A stretch of DNA of 63,639 nt, filler included, from Choristocarpus tenellus KU-1152 (Eukaryota > Protista > Phaeophyceae): the NCBI GenBank assembly GCA_964200185.2. It is 13 parts of 13 records of this genome, joined end to end, with 100 filler letters (N's around TTAATTAATTAA, not from the genome) between each part and the next. Parts side by side here need not be neighbours in the genome. Positions count along the whole stretch, not along the records: positions 1 to 6,521 come from CAXNAD020007951.1; positions 6,622 to 13,089 come from CAXNAD020008075.1; positions 13,190 to 16,016 come from CAXNAD020024401.1; 10 more parts are not named here. One strand, 5' to 3'. The translations under genes were made by a program, and so were the position numbers. The notes beneath the pieces were generated by a model. The model ran no database searches, was not told the origin of the DNA, and saw nothing but the letters and a program-made list of their open reading frames with translations. Positions within the stretch are counted from its first letter, which is position 1, and every line of letters begins with the position of its first letter. This document shows, piece after piece, positions 1 through 13,875 of this stretch.

Positions 1-86
1 TTTTACACTAATTGGTTGCTTTCCAGTTTTTTTTGTTTTATTTATTTTTTCATTGGTGGGGGGGGGGGGGTAATTTTCAATGTCAG

Positions 87-3000
87 TTTCAAGGATATGG
101 CTGTCATGTCACGAACATCAAACACCAAGGAGCTGGAAGAGTGCCTTGTTGCTAGAGGAGTGCCATATACCATGGAGGGTGCTGGGACATTCTTCTCAAG
201 ACCAGAGGTTCAGGCCCCTTTGGCTCTGCTCGGACTGTGTGCAAATCCTCTGGTGAATAACAATAACAATAACATGTTTAACATAAATGACATGCAAATA
301 CCAAAAGCATGGCACAGTCCTCCCTTACACACAGAGTGCAGCAGAACACAAGACACAGTGCACCCTTTAGGGTTAGGGTTATTGAGATGCCAGCACGAAA
401 CTGTTCGCAGTACTGTTCACTCCTTCAAATGGTATCACATAGTACATAGTATTAATGCTTGAGTGTAGTGTAGTGTATTGTATTGATATGTATTAACATG
501 GGGAATATGTTTTTCTCTGTAAAGATAATTGAGTGATACTCTACTTCATTTTTAACACTATTAGTATTGGTAGTATTGATGTTTTTATAGTATAATTGGT
601 AGTGGTAACTTTATACAGTAAGTTATTCATTTACGTTTTCAAGCACAGAGGACAGTTGTTCTGGAATGGGAATGAAATGCAAGTGTGGTGTGATGCCTAC
701 AATATGATTTGCTTTATGTGGTAAGGGCAATTGTTATCAGTAGTACTGTTAATACTTTTGTGATATATCAGTGTTATTGTAATATTTGTATTAAAAATGT
801 TGTACTCATGGAAAATTAGCACCCTGGTACATACTGGAGTCCAAAGTCCATCCCTTTAATACGTACAGCCGTGATATATCGTATACAGTACCTGCCACTG
901 TACCTAATACTAGTGCTCCAGAGTATTTTGTACTTGCCTAGAAATTATTGTATTTTGTTCCAAGAAACTCCTGTCATCGCTGCTGTATATAGTACTATAT
1001 ATGCAGATATGAGTCACAAGACAGCCCCATCACCATTATTTGGGACTGATTTAGAAATAGTACTATTAAAATATTAGTACAGAATATATTATTATTGTTA
1101 TATCCTAAATTGTAATCCCTAGCTGTATGGAGGATGCTGCAACCCCTTGAAAGTACTATTACTATTCTGTTAGTAGTTCAAAGGGCATCATATATCATCT
1201 ATACATACACCTTTTTTTTTCAATTTGAATACTCAGTATATGAACAGAAAGTTTGTGCAACATGTTTGTTTTGATTTCTTTAAAATAGTGATCATCGTAA
1301 CATTCTCATATTTTTTTATTATCACAAAACACCTTAGAATGCACTGTATTGTCACAAGTGCGGCAAGTGTCACTTGACTAGTTACTTTTCAACTCTTATT
1401 GGTCATGGCTATCGATTCAACATGCCCCACCTGGAGACATAAATTGATTCTACTCACAGGTATGTGCTGGGTAAAATATTAATTTACATACATAGTATAA
1501 TAGTATATACATCTAGGTAAGAAGTATAGGTAGTATTAGCGGGAGGTGAAGTTCCATGCAAGTGTTTTTTGTTTGGGTTGAAGTAGAAGTATTTGAAGTA
1601 GCATCTTAATCAAAATATGAACAATACACTCCCTTTTTTAATCCATAATCTACAAATAGTCAAATATTTGTGTTTTATTGTTTTTATACAATAGGGTTAG
1701 GGTTAATTTGAATGACTGTGTAGTAAAGGGAAGTATAGCTTTTGTTGCACATAGGTGGCGTTATTGAGGCAAGAATGGGCACCCTTTTTTGTATGTTTTA
1801 ACATAGTTGTTAGAAGCACAGCTTTAGGGCATATACCTCCATATAACATTGCTGTCCCTGTCAGGCAGTTGTCGTTATTTTAGTTGTGACCTGACTGCTG
1901 AATTGTACATTGGTGAGTTGAGAGATGTATTAAAAACAATAATAATAATAGTCTTTCATTTTTTTATTCATTCACTTTGTCAGAATGGAACCATTTCCTA
2001 TTTGTTCCTACATGGATCTTGTATGGTTCTTGAATCCTTTCAATTACTAACTCATTTCTTGTTGAAATAATATTTTTAATTTTTTTCAAGCCCACATGGC
2101 AACACATCTTCAACTTTAAGTGGCTACAGAGAAGGGAGGGTGGGGGGGCATGTGATGAGTGTTACAGATATCCATTGCTTAGCACCTACTACCAATAGAT
2201 ACCTACTAATATATTTGCTGTTACTATTATTGTGTTTGCATTCTTTCCACTATTATTATTATTATTATTATTATTATTACTACTACTCTTCTTTTAGGGA
2301 TTATACAAGACAAACACAGACACCACCCAGTTGCTGGTCTTCTATTGTTGTCAAACTTTGCTTCTGATACATCGTCTCTCCTCACACACACCACACACAT
2401 CACAACAGAACAATGCTGCCTTTCAGAATTGTTTGTCAATTGAGGGACAAGGAGGAAGGTGGGGCCGGGGGGGTGGCGCCTTTCGTTGGACAAGGGAGCC
2501 AAAATGCCTTAGCATGGTGTGGAAAGTGTCTCGGGAGGCTTGTGTTCCTATTGTAGAGGCAGTGCGTCTGTGTGTAGACAGGGGGATGATTGAAGGGAGT
2601 GGGGCCAAGGAGATGTCAGCATTTGTTCATGCCCTAAGAAGGTATAGTGCAAAGGTACACTAATAGCAGTAATACTAATACTAATGAATACTCTGTATTA
2701 GTTTATTAATTTATTGATTGTACTGCGTAACACTTTAGCACTTAGTACTTGGTACTTAGTACTTGATATTTTACTAGTTACATACCATTAGTATATATAC
2801 CTACATACAGGATGAATCAGAAGGCTTTGGAAGTACATCTAGTAAGGAAGTAAATATATAAATAATTGATGGAGTCTACTGAATGGTATGACTGCAGTGA
2901 AAGAAACCAATGACAGTATTTATTATTTTACATATACCATCACCAGTATCTATGCATATTGGGGGTATACCCCATAGCGTCATATCAATCTGCTAAACCC

Positions 3001-6000
3001 CTTGCAACTAACTGGTTCTGGTTTTTCCCAATGTCTTACTCCTCTCTTGATCAATTTAGTGGCATCATATCATATCATATCTTGACATTTCGCAATCCTA
3101 ACAAATGCGTCTATATATTATTTATTTTATTATATTTTATTGTGCTGTGGTGATGTTCTCTTCTACAAAGGTGGTCGGGTCTCCTAGTTGGATGGGCGTG
3201 TATCAAGGAACAGGAACGAGAGGCTACTGTGAGGACCATACTATGGGAGGCAGGGTTGTTACCATCCCCAACACACCTGCCTCCAAACATGGCAACCATA
3301 GCATCTGAAAGGAGAGGGGTAAAGACTTGTTCTAAAGGCAGTGGAGGGATGGAGAAAGGGAAGAATGTGGGCATGGAACTGACAAAGGTGAGATTACTAG
3401 TTGGGTGAGGTTATTAGTTGGGTTGTGCAGGTGTGGTGATGAAGCTGTTCATGTGTAACTTACTCTGTTGACGGTATATAATGACCATCTTGGTTCTGTT
3501 CTGTTCAGTGGAGTGAATATTATTTTATTTTATTTTAATATTGATAGGTGCACTGTTCTCTCAAATGTTTATTTATCTTTTTATGTGACTAGTTATATAT
3601 ATAGAGATGTGTAGATTACTGCACGTATTGAAGGTACGCTTTAGACATTGTGAATGATACACCTACATGATACACCTTTTTTTTTCGCAGTGCATACCCT
3701 GTTGACTGATTCATTTATTCATTAATATACCTCAAACCCATGCAAGGTAATAACCCACCTTCCACTGTGTAGTATGAATGAACATAATTTCATACAAAGA
3801 TGTTGATTGTATGGTGTTATATGAATGGTAGGAATTAAGATTCTACAATAAAATCAAGTCAAGCGATGATGAACCTCTAAAATTTAGGAGCTTACAGAGT
3901 TGAACATAATGTGCATCAACAACACCCTCTTGATTCACAACACTATCAATAACATTACTCTCTCCCACGGAGATTACAACCCAATATATAACATCAATTA
4001 TTATTATTATTATTATTGTTATTATTGCAGATCTAAGGACTTCTGTTCCCCACCCTCCCCAACCCCCCGGTCTCACCTCTTATTATTGTGAATTAAATGT
4101 CCATTAATGTCCATGTCAGGAAGAACAAAGTGTCAGTGACCTCGCCACTGCTGCATCTCGATATGTCCATTTGGAACAACTCCTAAGAAGGGCAGCCAGC
4201 GCACAATCAGAGGATCGATTCAAGGGAGGTGGAGGGAGGAGGATGGAATGGAGTGGGACCTCCCGTGCAAGGTTATCTGTAACAGAGTCTGATGCAGTGG
4301 AGGTGAATCACTGTGATCAAATCATGGTTGAGTCTCATTGAGAGAAGCAGGGAATGCCACCATTTGGGGGGGGATTGTAATGTTGTGGATTGGGAGAGGT
4401 GTTTGTTTCATTTTCATGTTGGTCATGTGCTATACTGCTATGTAGCCTAATACCTTGTTAGTGGACTATACTACTCTATTGTTTGATTCTACTGGGGGGG
4501 GTTGGGGTTAGGGTTAGGGTTAGGGAGGAAGACCTTACTCAGGTTTTACAATTCTCTCTGTTCTTGTTTTGTTAGTTTTTAATGTTTATGGATTCAAGGT
4601 TGGTCAATATTTGTATTTGGCGACTTCTTTGTATATCGATTTTTTTTTTTAATGTTGTGTGTATTGTGTTGATAGTGGTTATTGGTCCTACTTAGCAACA
4701 AGTGGGATTTACATCATAGCAATATTAAATTTGTGCAGTCAACCTTTGATACCATCACATGTAAGTATTCACAACATAGACTTGATGTTTTCTTAGCTTA
4801 TAAAACTCCAGAAAATTTATTTGTTGTAAATATCCAGCAAACAATACAGAACTATCTATAGTACATGTTTCAAGTGTGAAGTATGCATCTCATTGTTGTA
4901 GTGTTTCAAGAGTTGAATGGACACTTCCTTACATCATCATTCTTGCCTTTGTAGTCCTTTTTGCTATGCACTGTAGCTTGTGTTGTGAAGTTGAGCCTGT
5001 GAAATTTCCTCCATACTTCCGTGAATGACAGCAGTTTTGCCAATATATGGAGGCGATAGCTTGTTTACATTTTTGCGCTCTCATTTATTGTAATACAATA
5101 TACTACTACATCTATACACAGAGAGAGACAGCTCACTATTACTTCCATAGTCTAGTCACCTCATTTTATTGCTTGAGTGTCTCTCATCTCTGGTGTTCTT
5201 ATCATGTTCCTGACATGTTCCTCTACTGTGTAATGTGTACATGGTGTGTGGTGGTGATGATCTGGAGGTTAATAATAATAATATAGGTAGTAGAATACGA
5301 TTGATGACTAGATGACTGGATTGTATTCCTCTTGCAAGTTAATTATTTTTTAATATTAATGTCTTAATAGTTTTTTGGTGAAGACATTCTTCTGACAACA
5401 GGTTCATATTTTTTATTTGTAGGGTTGGTGTCATTGTTGTCTTATTCTTATTTTTTGTGGAGTTTCTAATCCAGGCAGGGCAGAGTGAGTACCCATGGTG
5501 TTTTGCATGTGTTTTCTTGATACTTGACACCTGACAAGTAATTTTTATTATAAATATACAGTAGTAAAGGTTAGAGTTAGGGATACACCCACTCACACAC
5601 ACAAGCTGTTTTTACACGCTCCTTCCAAAACTTTTCTTCATTGGCTTGCTGAGGTATTGAGTTGGGGGGGTTACCACATATGAGTAGTATGAAGTGCTGT
5701 GACCATATCCTTTTTGGTCACCATGTATTGTCTGGATTACAATCGACATTATGTTCTTATTATTTTTACTTATATTTATAATAATGACAGAAATATATAT
5801 AATAGGTTTTATCCTTGTGTTTGTTCATTGTCATCCCCCTCCCCTCCTGTGCCGACCTTTTTGATACTTCAACAATGTCATCAAATCAAAAATATTATTT
5901 TTATTTTCACATTTTCTATAGAATAGGGTTAGGGGTAGGATCTGAGTATATCCTGATAAGGAGTGCGTCTGGTGACAGTTATCATTATATCCACAGTTTA

Positions 6001-6253
6001 GCATCTACTCTATATTTTTATTTTAGGAATGGTAGTGTGTATGCCTGTATCATACTTAAGACAGTGTGGTAGTACTAATAATATTTTTACTATTCCCCAT
6101 TAATACTTCCAATTATTATTATTATTGTTTGAACCTGATTTGAAGAAACAATTGTGTGTATATCCCAACTTTGACACATGTCATGTTGAGTGAAACAGGT
6201 GATGACAATGCACCAGGCCAAGGGTAGAGAGTTCAAGGTTGTGTTCCTGACAG
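87..6253 (+). CDS. UvrD/PcrA/Rep-like SF1A DNA helicase, partial multi-exon gene (exons 87-252, ~2428-2641, possibly ~3171-3388, ~4120-4271, 6199-6253)
   Basis: Exon 87-252 (cag|...|gt) reads FKDMAVMSRTSNTKELEECLVARGVPYTMEGAGTFFSRPEVQAPLALLGLCANPL, matching the UvrD 'AVLYRTN..S..LEE.L...GIPY...GG..FF.R.E....LA.L....NP' region. Exon 6199-6253 reads VMTMHQAKGREFKVVFLT (UvrD 'MT.H.AKGLEF..VF'). Internal exons are less certain, and the gene is truncated at both ends. Confidence 0.85.
2251..2287. repeat. (TAT)n/(TAC)n microsatellite
   Basis: Directly visible trinucleotide run in an intron. Confidence 0.9.
4508..4525 (+). repeat. Short interstitial telomeric array (TTAGGG)3
   Basis: ttagggttagggttaggg, preceded by degenerate gggggttggggg. 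Confidence 0.8.
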
Positions 6254-6521
6254 GTATGATACAGTATAATGAACACATGGTGGACACCTACCTGTCTTAC
6301 CCAAAGGGTACAGCCAACAGTAACAGCACCAATACTGGCATTAAAATTTCTAAATACTTGAAAAATAAATTAAATATATTGAAAGATGAGAAAACTATTA
6401 AATAAACAATATTTAAATATATTTTGATAATAGTATAGGGTATGGTATACCTAGTTGATCCCTTCACAGCATACTGCAAATAGTATTTGCAAATGGATCT
6501 CTGGTTATGAATGCATGGAAG

Positions 6522-6621
6522 NNNNNNNNNNNNNNNNNNNNNNNNNNNNNNNNNNNNNNNNNNNNTTAATTAATTAANNNNNNNNNNNNNNNNNNNNNNN
6601 NNNNNNNNNNNNNNNNNNNNN
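6522..6621. other. Artificial contig spacer N44-TTAATTAATTAA-N44 (also 13090-13189, 16017-16116, 19043-19142, 24704-24803, 27320-27419, 32473-32572, 36035-36134, 39141-39240, 46205-46304, 49134-49233, 60356-60455)
   Basis: The same 100-bp construct occurs 12 times; the central 12-mer gives stop codons in all six frames. Confidence 0.97.
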
Positions 6622-6682
6622 GCGACATGAAAAAATTGACCCCAAATGGACAGCCACCACCCCCTCCCAGATACTTTGAGCC
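6622..6682 (+). mobile_element. MITE family B, terminal fragment at contig start
   Basis: ...cccaaatggacagcc...ccccagatactttgagcc matches the end of the complete copies at 42126-42299 and 62082-62262. Confidence 0.85.
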
Positions 6683-7767
6683 TTATATGAAATTATTGTA
6701 GGTAATCATGAGCAGGAAGGATAGCATGGTGTTCAAACCGCACAACTAGGTCATTTGAATTTGACAACTATATCCTCCAAGAGTACATATATATATATTT
6801 CTCTTTAGTATAGCCTCGAGACTACCTTCAACTGTGCTCAGATGTACCACAATCTACAGCGGTACTTCTCATACTAACGACTTATCACTGAAAAATGTAG
6901 GTCTTCCACTACGACTGGTTGTACTGCCTCCATTTGTACCTTGCTTCTTACGCATTGGGCTCAGTACTCCCAATGCTCATTGTTCCACCTTGTCCCTTAA
7001 ATCTTGTGCCGGACCTACCATAATATCTTTTTCTGGCATTTGTATGGTACATAGTGACAGACAGGATAGTAAAAGTGTAAGTACCATCGCATTTGCAATG
7101 TAGAATTGGATAATCGATACCAGACCCATGACATGAACTTTGGCGTCGATTGATTGGCCTGCAAAATTGATATATGGAACCTCCTTGTACAATCATCGTC
7201 GAACACTTTTTCTGCATTGACTGGTGGTGGGTGTATAGTGCACCCTGTACCTTTATTCTGGAAAGTATTACGCATCCTTCACACGATGTCACACCACATC
7301 ATACTTTTGTGGGATATACGCCAAACTCATCCTACATGGCTCTGTCCTCTTGACTCCACTCCTTTTCGTTTTTGCGTTTGTTTCTCCTTGTGATTTGTCC
7401 TTTCTCTTTGCCATGGCCACACAGGCAAAGGGCCTGTTGAAGTATAGAGAACTTCTCTACGACAAGTTCATGTCATGCTTCTGAGCTCTTCCTCTCTGTG
7501 CCCTACACATCAGCGAGATGGGCAGGAGAGGTACATGTGTATGAATGTCTGTAACAATCCTACTGGTGTGTGGATGTTGTTAGAGCAACACAGGAATCTC
7601 AGGAAACTGCTTAGAAATGCTCCTAAACATGCTTCCCTTTGTCAAAACTATGAGTACGACTTGCCTCTACCCACAGTGGAATTTTCCCAAAATTTGATGG
7701 TGGGTGCAACAGCTTGAATTTCTCAAACAATAGTGATACTTTCACAAGTACTCTCTACTATGCTCAT

Positions 7768-8023
7768 GAGCCAAAGTATCTTAGAGGGTAGGACCGCGTC
7801 CATTTGGGCTCAAATTCCAATGTTGCGATTTTGATGAAATTTTGGCTATCACGTTTTTTAGGAAGTGTCAATATCCTTGTTCCGGACACACCTTTCCATA
7901 ACGTATACATTCTACCTACTCCTAAACATTTTGGAGTAGGAATATGTCATGAAAAAACATGGGAAGCCAAGCCCCAAATGGATAAACAGGGCCATACTCG
8001 TGCCCTCCAAGATACTTTCACTC
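7768..8023 (+). mobile_element. MITE family A, complete, 4-bp TSD TCAT
   Basis: TIRs gagccaaagtatcttagaggg / ccctccaagatactttcactc; tcat on both flanks. Confidence 0.92.
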
Positions 8024-8904
8024 TCATCCCACCATAAACTTACTCCAGAGCTTCAACGTAAATTGCTCCCAATCAACTTCACCTTCTCCTCTAAGTGGTC
8101 CATCATGTGCTGAGGATGACACAAAACAAGAGGACACTCCAGCATTTGATTATGCCAATGTAGACTTCTTCTACACTCACCTGTTTTTGTCTACAATAAC
8201 ACATCTTTTCTGAGTGGTACAACTGCCTACCTGCTGTGTATGATCATGTGCGTGTGCATGTGCATATGTGCGATGATTTGCTGAAAATTTCCGGATAGGT
8301 GAGTGTATCAGTTTCTCTGTTCTTTTCTGAATTGAAAATACAATATCATTTTCAATATGTATCACACCCTTTCCTTGCACCTTTCAACAGTACCAAAGAT
8401 GTGCTTCTCTTAAGTTTTCCCTTCATAGACTGTTTTGCGTGGTTGAACAGGGGGCAATAGTTGGCAATCAATGAGTACCTCATGGGGTGATAGCCCGGTC
8501 ATCAGAATATGCATGGGTTGCATGTAAGTTATGAAGCTCGTGGGGTGTGCTAGTGTAGCTGTCCACAGTGCAGAAGTTTGGGAGGACTACCTTTTGAGTT
8601 TGGCAAAAGGGAAAATCATACAATGAAATTGTGACTGTTGCTTCTTGTTGTAAGAGAGTTTGAGCTGTGATGCATGTCGAAAGATTGTTCCTCACTCACA
8701 TTGAGCCAAACCAATAGGGAGGTTTGCAAGTTTGGACCCTTTTGCATTCTAAGTCGTATCTCTGACCCTGTGGAATACACTCTATTTTATTTCTTTGTGT
8801 GCACATTATTGTACGAAAAATTGATATTCCCCCCTTTCACACAAATAGTGAGACCACACAAGTCAGCAAAGGTTTTTTCTGCAATCCTGCAAAGTATAAT
8901 CTTT

Positions 8905-9163
8905 GAGCCAAAGTATCTTAGAGGGTAGGGCCTCATCCATTTGGGGTCCAAAATCCAATGTTGTGATCTTGATGTAATTTTGGCTATCGTATTTGTTGGG
9001 AAGTGTCCATATCCTTAATCCGGACACACCTTTCATGACGTAGGCATTTTACCTACTCCGGAACATTTTAGAGTAGGAAAATGTCATAAAAATAAGCCAT
9101 GGGATGTCTAGCCCCAAATAGACAAACAGGGCAAAACTCGGACCCTCTAAGATAGTTTCACTC
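8905..9163 (+). mobile_element. MITE family A, complete, apparent 3-bp TSD TTT
   Basis: Same TIRs and body as 7768-8023; flanks cTTT|...|TTTa. Confidence 0.9.
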
Positions 9164-9515
9164 TTTATCACCATTCTCAGAATCCTAAAAGGCAACACTG
9201 CCTACCTCTCAGTTAGTTTGACTCATTACACCACCATTCAATAAATTCCCAATCTCACCACAGTCTGAGGTGGTCGCTCGGGTCAGCCCAAAGCAGATCC
9301 AAGAGCAGGCTTCCTGGCTCTGGTTCCACCCGTGGTTCAATCGTCTGCACGTCCTCAAGGTCATGCATACAGTGACATATCCAAGTAGAAGATGAACTCT
9401 TTGTTCCCGTCTCTAGGAACAATCATGTCAAGACAGTGGCTAAATTTGAGGACTTTCAGCCAAACCTGGCAAGAAGGTGCTCTTATGTATACGGTGCCGA
9501 TGCAGCTCGGCCCTT

Positions 9516-9773
9516 GAGCCAAAGTATCTTAGAGGGTGGGGCCGCGTCTATTTGGGGGCAAAATTCCAATGTTGCGATTTTGATGTAGTTTTGGCTACCG
9601 TGTTTGTTAGGAAGTGTCAGCATCCTTGTTCCAGGCACACATTTTTATAGTGTATACATTTGACCTACTCCGAAACAGTTTGGAGTAGAAAAATGTCATA
9701 AAGAGAACACGGGAAGTCAAGCCTCAAATAGGCAAACATGGCAAAACTCGTACCCTCCAAGATACTTCCACTC
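9516..9773 (+). mobile_element. MITE family A, complete, 4-bp TSD CCTT
   Basis: gagccaaagtatcttagaggg...ccctccaagatacttccactc; cctt on both sides. Confidence 0.92.
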
Positions 9774-10619
9774 CCTTCTTTAAGGTCAACAGGCTTTGGG
9801 GTGTGATCCGGGCGCATTCAGTTCAGGTACAAAACAATTCAATGTACTTGGTACTTGTTGTGACCTTTCTTGGGAATTGGTTGGGTCAATGGTCCAGATA
9901 TGGGAATGCAATTGTACCCAACACTACAGATGTTGATGAAATGTTTTGTATTTGGACTGCTCCTATAGAGTCAAACAATACAACATGAGCAAGGATACCT
10001 GCCGTGCATTTCACATTATGATTGTGTAAGTTGCACATACATAAACCATATTCTGCAGTCCAACAATGGGGTACCTTTTCCTTTCCGAAAGTTGAGAGCA
10101 ATGACAATTAACCAATATTCATGGTCATTTGTATCCATTATTTACTGTGCTATAGGGTTTATAGTGAGGTGTTTGGTCCGAATAAGAGTGGAAGATACCT
10201 TCAAGTTAACGTTGCATACATATTGCTGTTGTTGGATTGGTTCTTTCGTGTGGGGGTTTTCTGTGCCAAAATTTACATTGAAATATTCATTGAAATATTC
10301 AATTTTTGGCATCTTCTGCAACACACACTGCTTGGCTCCAATCCTGCATTTCCTGTCCAAATCTCCTTGCTCAGATCCAGTCACTATCCATGACCTCACT
10401 ATAACGTACCCTCCATATCACAACTTGTACCTTCACAAAAACGAAGGAGGAGGGCTCCTGTCGGCACTTTGTCAACAACGACAACAACAGCACTGTCTTG
10501 GACTTCAACCGAGGGAGTGGTGGGACTGGCACCATGACCTGGGGCGCGGAGGGAGAGAAGCTTCACCTTGGTCTGGTTACAACAGTCGTTTCTGCTCCAG
10601 GGTACCAGGGTTGCCAGAA

Positions 10620-11900
10620 CTTGGGTACAGTTCATACGGTGAAATCATGCAGCAGTGTCAGACGTTGCCACCCTCAGAAACTGGTACTTCACCATAGAGT
10701 GTGAAGGAGCTCTACCAGACTCACACTAGTGTCTCCCGAAGGTGCATATCGAACGCCTCCATTGTGACCTCCATCAACTCCTCTGTGTTCGCCAATCCCA
10801 CGTCTTCCTTCAGTTGCTGGATGGACTGAATCCCAGGCCGTTAACTTTGAGGTCAGGTGAGGTGACTGGCTGGGTCTCTGTGACAATGTTGTTCCCTGCC
10901 GCCTCCTCAATTGCCTCCTTGACCCCCCTTGATGTGTGGCTTTCCCCCATCTCGCTGAACGAAGGTGGTGTGTCTTTGCAACCTAAGTATGCGGGCTTTG
11001 ATTACCAGGATGACATCCTCGATTATGAGCTTCTCATACCTCTCCCGTCCACCGTGGCTGTGCAAGCAACTTGGTGCCCTTCAGGCAGTATTTGCTGGAG
11101 CACTGAGCGACCTTAGTGTCTACAATTGGCCAGATCCCGACTTTCCCATCGAACCATACCCATTGGAGAGCCTCCTAGAGAGGGTCACAGCTGCAAGGAA
11201 CATCACCTTCGTAATGTAATGCTTATTCTGTGCCCGTGGAGGTTTGGGGGGTGTAGGTACACACATTGGCTATCTTTAAGGATGTAAAACCACTTCTCAT
11301 CCACATGCATCCAGTCATATAGATCGTCTACTAATACCCCACATCGACCCCCTCCTGTGTCTGTGGCTGATGAAAAAACCCACCCTCCTTACTTTCTCCT
11401 GTTCTGAGAGGACTGATTTAATCCACTGCTTGAACTTCTTCACCATCTCGCTCTTGTACAGATCCCATAACAATGCAAGGGAGACCCCAGCTTTGGTTAT
11501 CCATTTGCATTTCGAAGGATATGTGGTTCACCGATGGGACACTCCAAACATTGAGGGTACTTGAACAGCGACCACATCACCATTTGCAACGTCATACAAC
11601 GTCCATGCATTTACTCTGTGTGATCTGGTTGTCTTTCTCCTTCAGATGACGGAACAGGATGAATCGGGAAATCCGAAGTCCTCCATGATGTCCACCGCCG
11701 TCGCCTGAGGTATCCAAGTCTTGCATCCTCTTACCTCCAGGCACTGCACCATCACACTGTTCTTCGATGGGTTGTTTGAGTCTGGACCTCAGAAAAATTT
11801 CTTTGGCCAAGGAATTGAAACCAATGGGCTACAACAGGATAAGCGAGTCGCTCGAATGACAGGTGGTCTTTGTCATAAGCACTCCAATAATAACCCACTT
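10620..11900 (-). pseudogene. Degenerate plant-type mariner (DD39D-like) transposase
   Basis: Minus-strand pieces across frameshifts: DDLYDWMHVDEKWFYI, KHYITKVMFLAAV, WFDGKVGIWPI, FVQRDGGKPH (cf. QQDNARPH) and QPVTSPDLKV (cf. QPPNSPDLNV). Internal stops present; boundaries approximate. Confidence 0.85.
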
Positions 11901-13189
11901 TGACAGTTTGATGAGATTTTAAAACCCCGTCAAATGCGAGTTGATTGACTCTGCACTGGTGATCCTCCACAATCATGATAGTCCATCACCATCTCAAACT
12001 TTGTACCCCTCCCAATCTATACAAGAACTAAGCCTACTCCAAAGGGTTTAGCACTTGGGTCGTTCCTGGGTGAGAATGTAGCTTCCAAAAGTTGTATCAT
12101 ATTTATTTCAAAAATGAGGATGTAGCAATCTCCTCCCCCCTATTGCCATCTCTAGTGTGCTCTTGTTCACTTTTCCAGACTAGAAATATCTGAGTCATCT
12201 TGCCCTTCTACTGTCTATTTCTTGAGGTACTCAAACCTGGTCATTGAGCCTCCATCCTTTCTTCTTGTGTCACAACTTGTTGACAGGGACACCTATAGGT
12301 CAAAGACAAGGCACATATTTTGTGTTTTTTTGGCCACCTGCAACTGAGTTCTGACTGGTTGAACTGCTAGTTACTTCTGTACCTGAAAGGGATGTTTGTA
12401 ACACAGGAGAACGCAGACGAACAGCGAGAACACCAATGGACGACAAGAGTGAGTATGCTAATAAAGCGGAACCTACTCTACAGAAAATCAAGACATGCAG
12501 AACACACAACAATAATGCTGCCAATACCCCCATGCATAATCTCAAGGTCCTACTCTCATCAGAGGGAGGCTCTGAAGTCATGGTCTGGGACACAGATCAT
12601 TGGTGCGATCCGGTAGGCACAGTAAGGTGGCCTGCACTCTTGCACAGTCTCAAGGCCGTATAGACAGACCCTGATATACACACACACACACCCTCATCCA
12701 AGGCCTAGCCCTGTCCTCAAACCTTGCCTTTCTCTCACTTTAGTATTCCCCCCCAAACCTACTGCTCCAGTCCTGATATTTAGCTTCATATCACGACATG
12801 AGAGCAGACCCTAATATGCTACAGGTATTAAAATTCCAGGACCATCTCCTACTAACACCTTGATCCACCTAAACCCAGTTTTAGGCACCATGATCTTCTC
12901 CTCTGGAGCAGGGGGGGCAAAGGGGGAACTACCGGAGACCCAATGTGTCCGGCTCCTACCTCACCCGACCCTCCAGTAAATCCTGATCAAAGGCATCCAA
13001 CCCCCTAGTCCAACCCCCCCCTAAAAACGCTCCAAAGCCACCAATATCCCACCCCATATGTATCTCCCCACTTGTGCTTCCTCCCGTTCNNNNNNNNNNN
13101 NNNNNNNNNNNNNNNNNNNNNNNNNNNNNNNNNTTAATTAATTAANNNNNNNNNNNNNNNNNNNNNNNNNNNNNNNNNNNNNNNNNNNN

Positions 13190-13228
13190 CCTCACAAACC
13201 ACCACCCCCCCCCCAGATACTTTGACCC
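13190..13228 (+). mobile_element. MITE family B end, directly abutting a family A copy
   Basis: ccccagatactttgaccc is followed immediately by internal family A sequence. Confidence 0.8.
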
Positions 13229-13362
13229 TTATGAAAAGGTATGTTTGGAACAAGGATCTTGACATTCCCTAACAAACATGATAGCCAAAATTACATCAAA
13301 ATTGCAATATTGGATTTGACCCCCAAATGGACGCGGCTCTACCCTCTAAGATAATTTGACTC
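13229..13362 (-). mobile_element. MITE family A, half copy interrupted by family B
   Basis: Reverse of the family A 5' half, ending ccccaaatggacgcggctctaccctctaagataatttgactc. Confidence 0.85.
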
Positions 13363-13875
13363 TAAGTCAAAATCGTGCTGCCTTTTGACCGTTGGTGAGG
13401 TTTATTGCTCTCTTTACTGCGTACTGTCTGATTTATGACCTGAAGTCATTAACGGTATAGTATTGGTATTAGTAGTAGTAGTAGCAGTATCAGTAATAAC
13501 ATGGTACCACTAGCTTCGCCCTCTGTAGCAATCGTATTTTTTTTCACGGGGTTACCACAACAGTTATACAACAATGTCTATATCAAATGAACGGATATGA
13601 CAAGAGAGTGTTAAGGTTCGTATCTATGAATGTCCAGACTTCGGGAAAAGGGAGCTATGTCCCGATCAAAGAGTGGCAAAAACGCGGGGGAATATCTCCG
13701 ACGCAATTTTGAAAGTCACGACTTCAAAACGGACAAAAATGAAGTGGTTGACTGAACTCCTTGCAGAAATCTGTTCCGGGGTACGTCACTGCCCAAGTTT
13801 GACCCGTGTGGAGATACTGAAAATAAAAACTCAAAATTTCTGGACATATTTCTTAACACCTTTTGCAGACTTTTT

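Noticed and set aside
7768-9773. Three family A repeats as a CRISPR-like or regularly spaced array
   Set aside because: The units are ~256 bp with TIRs and individual TSDs, irregularly spaced; no cas genes; eukaryotic context.
9790-10400. Possible endogenous viral ORF remnants
   Set aside because: No recognisable viral hallmark motif.
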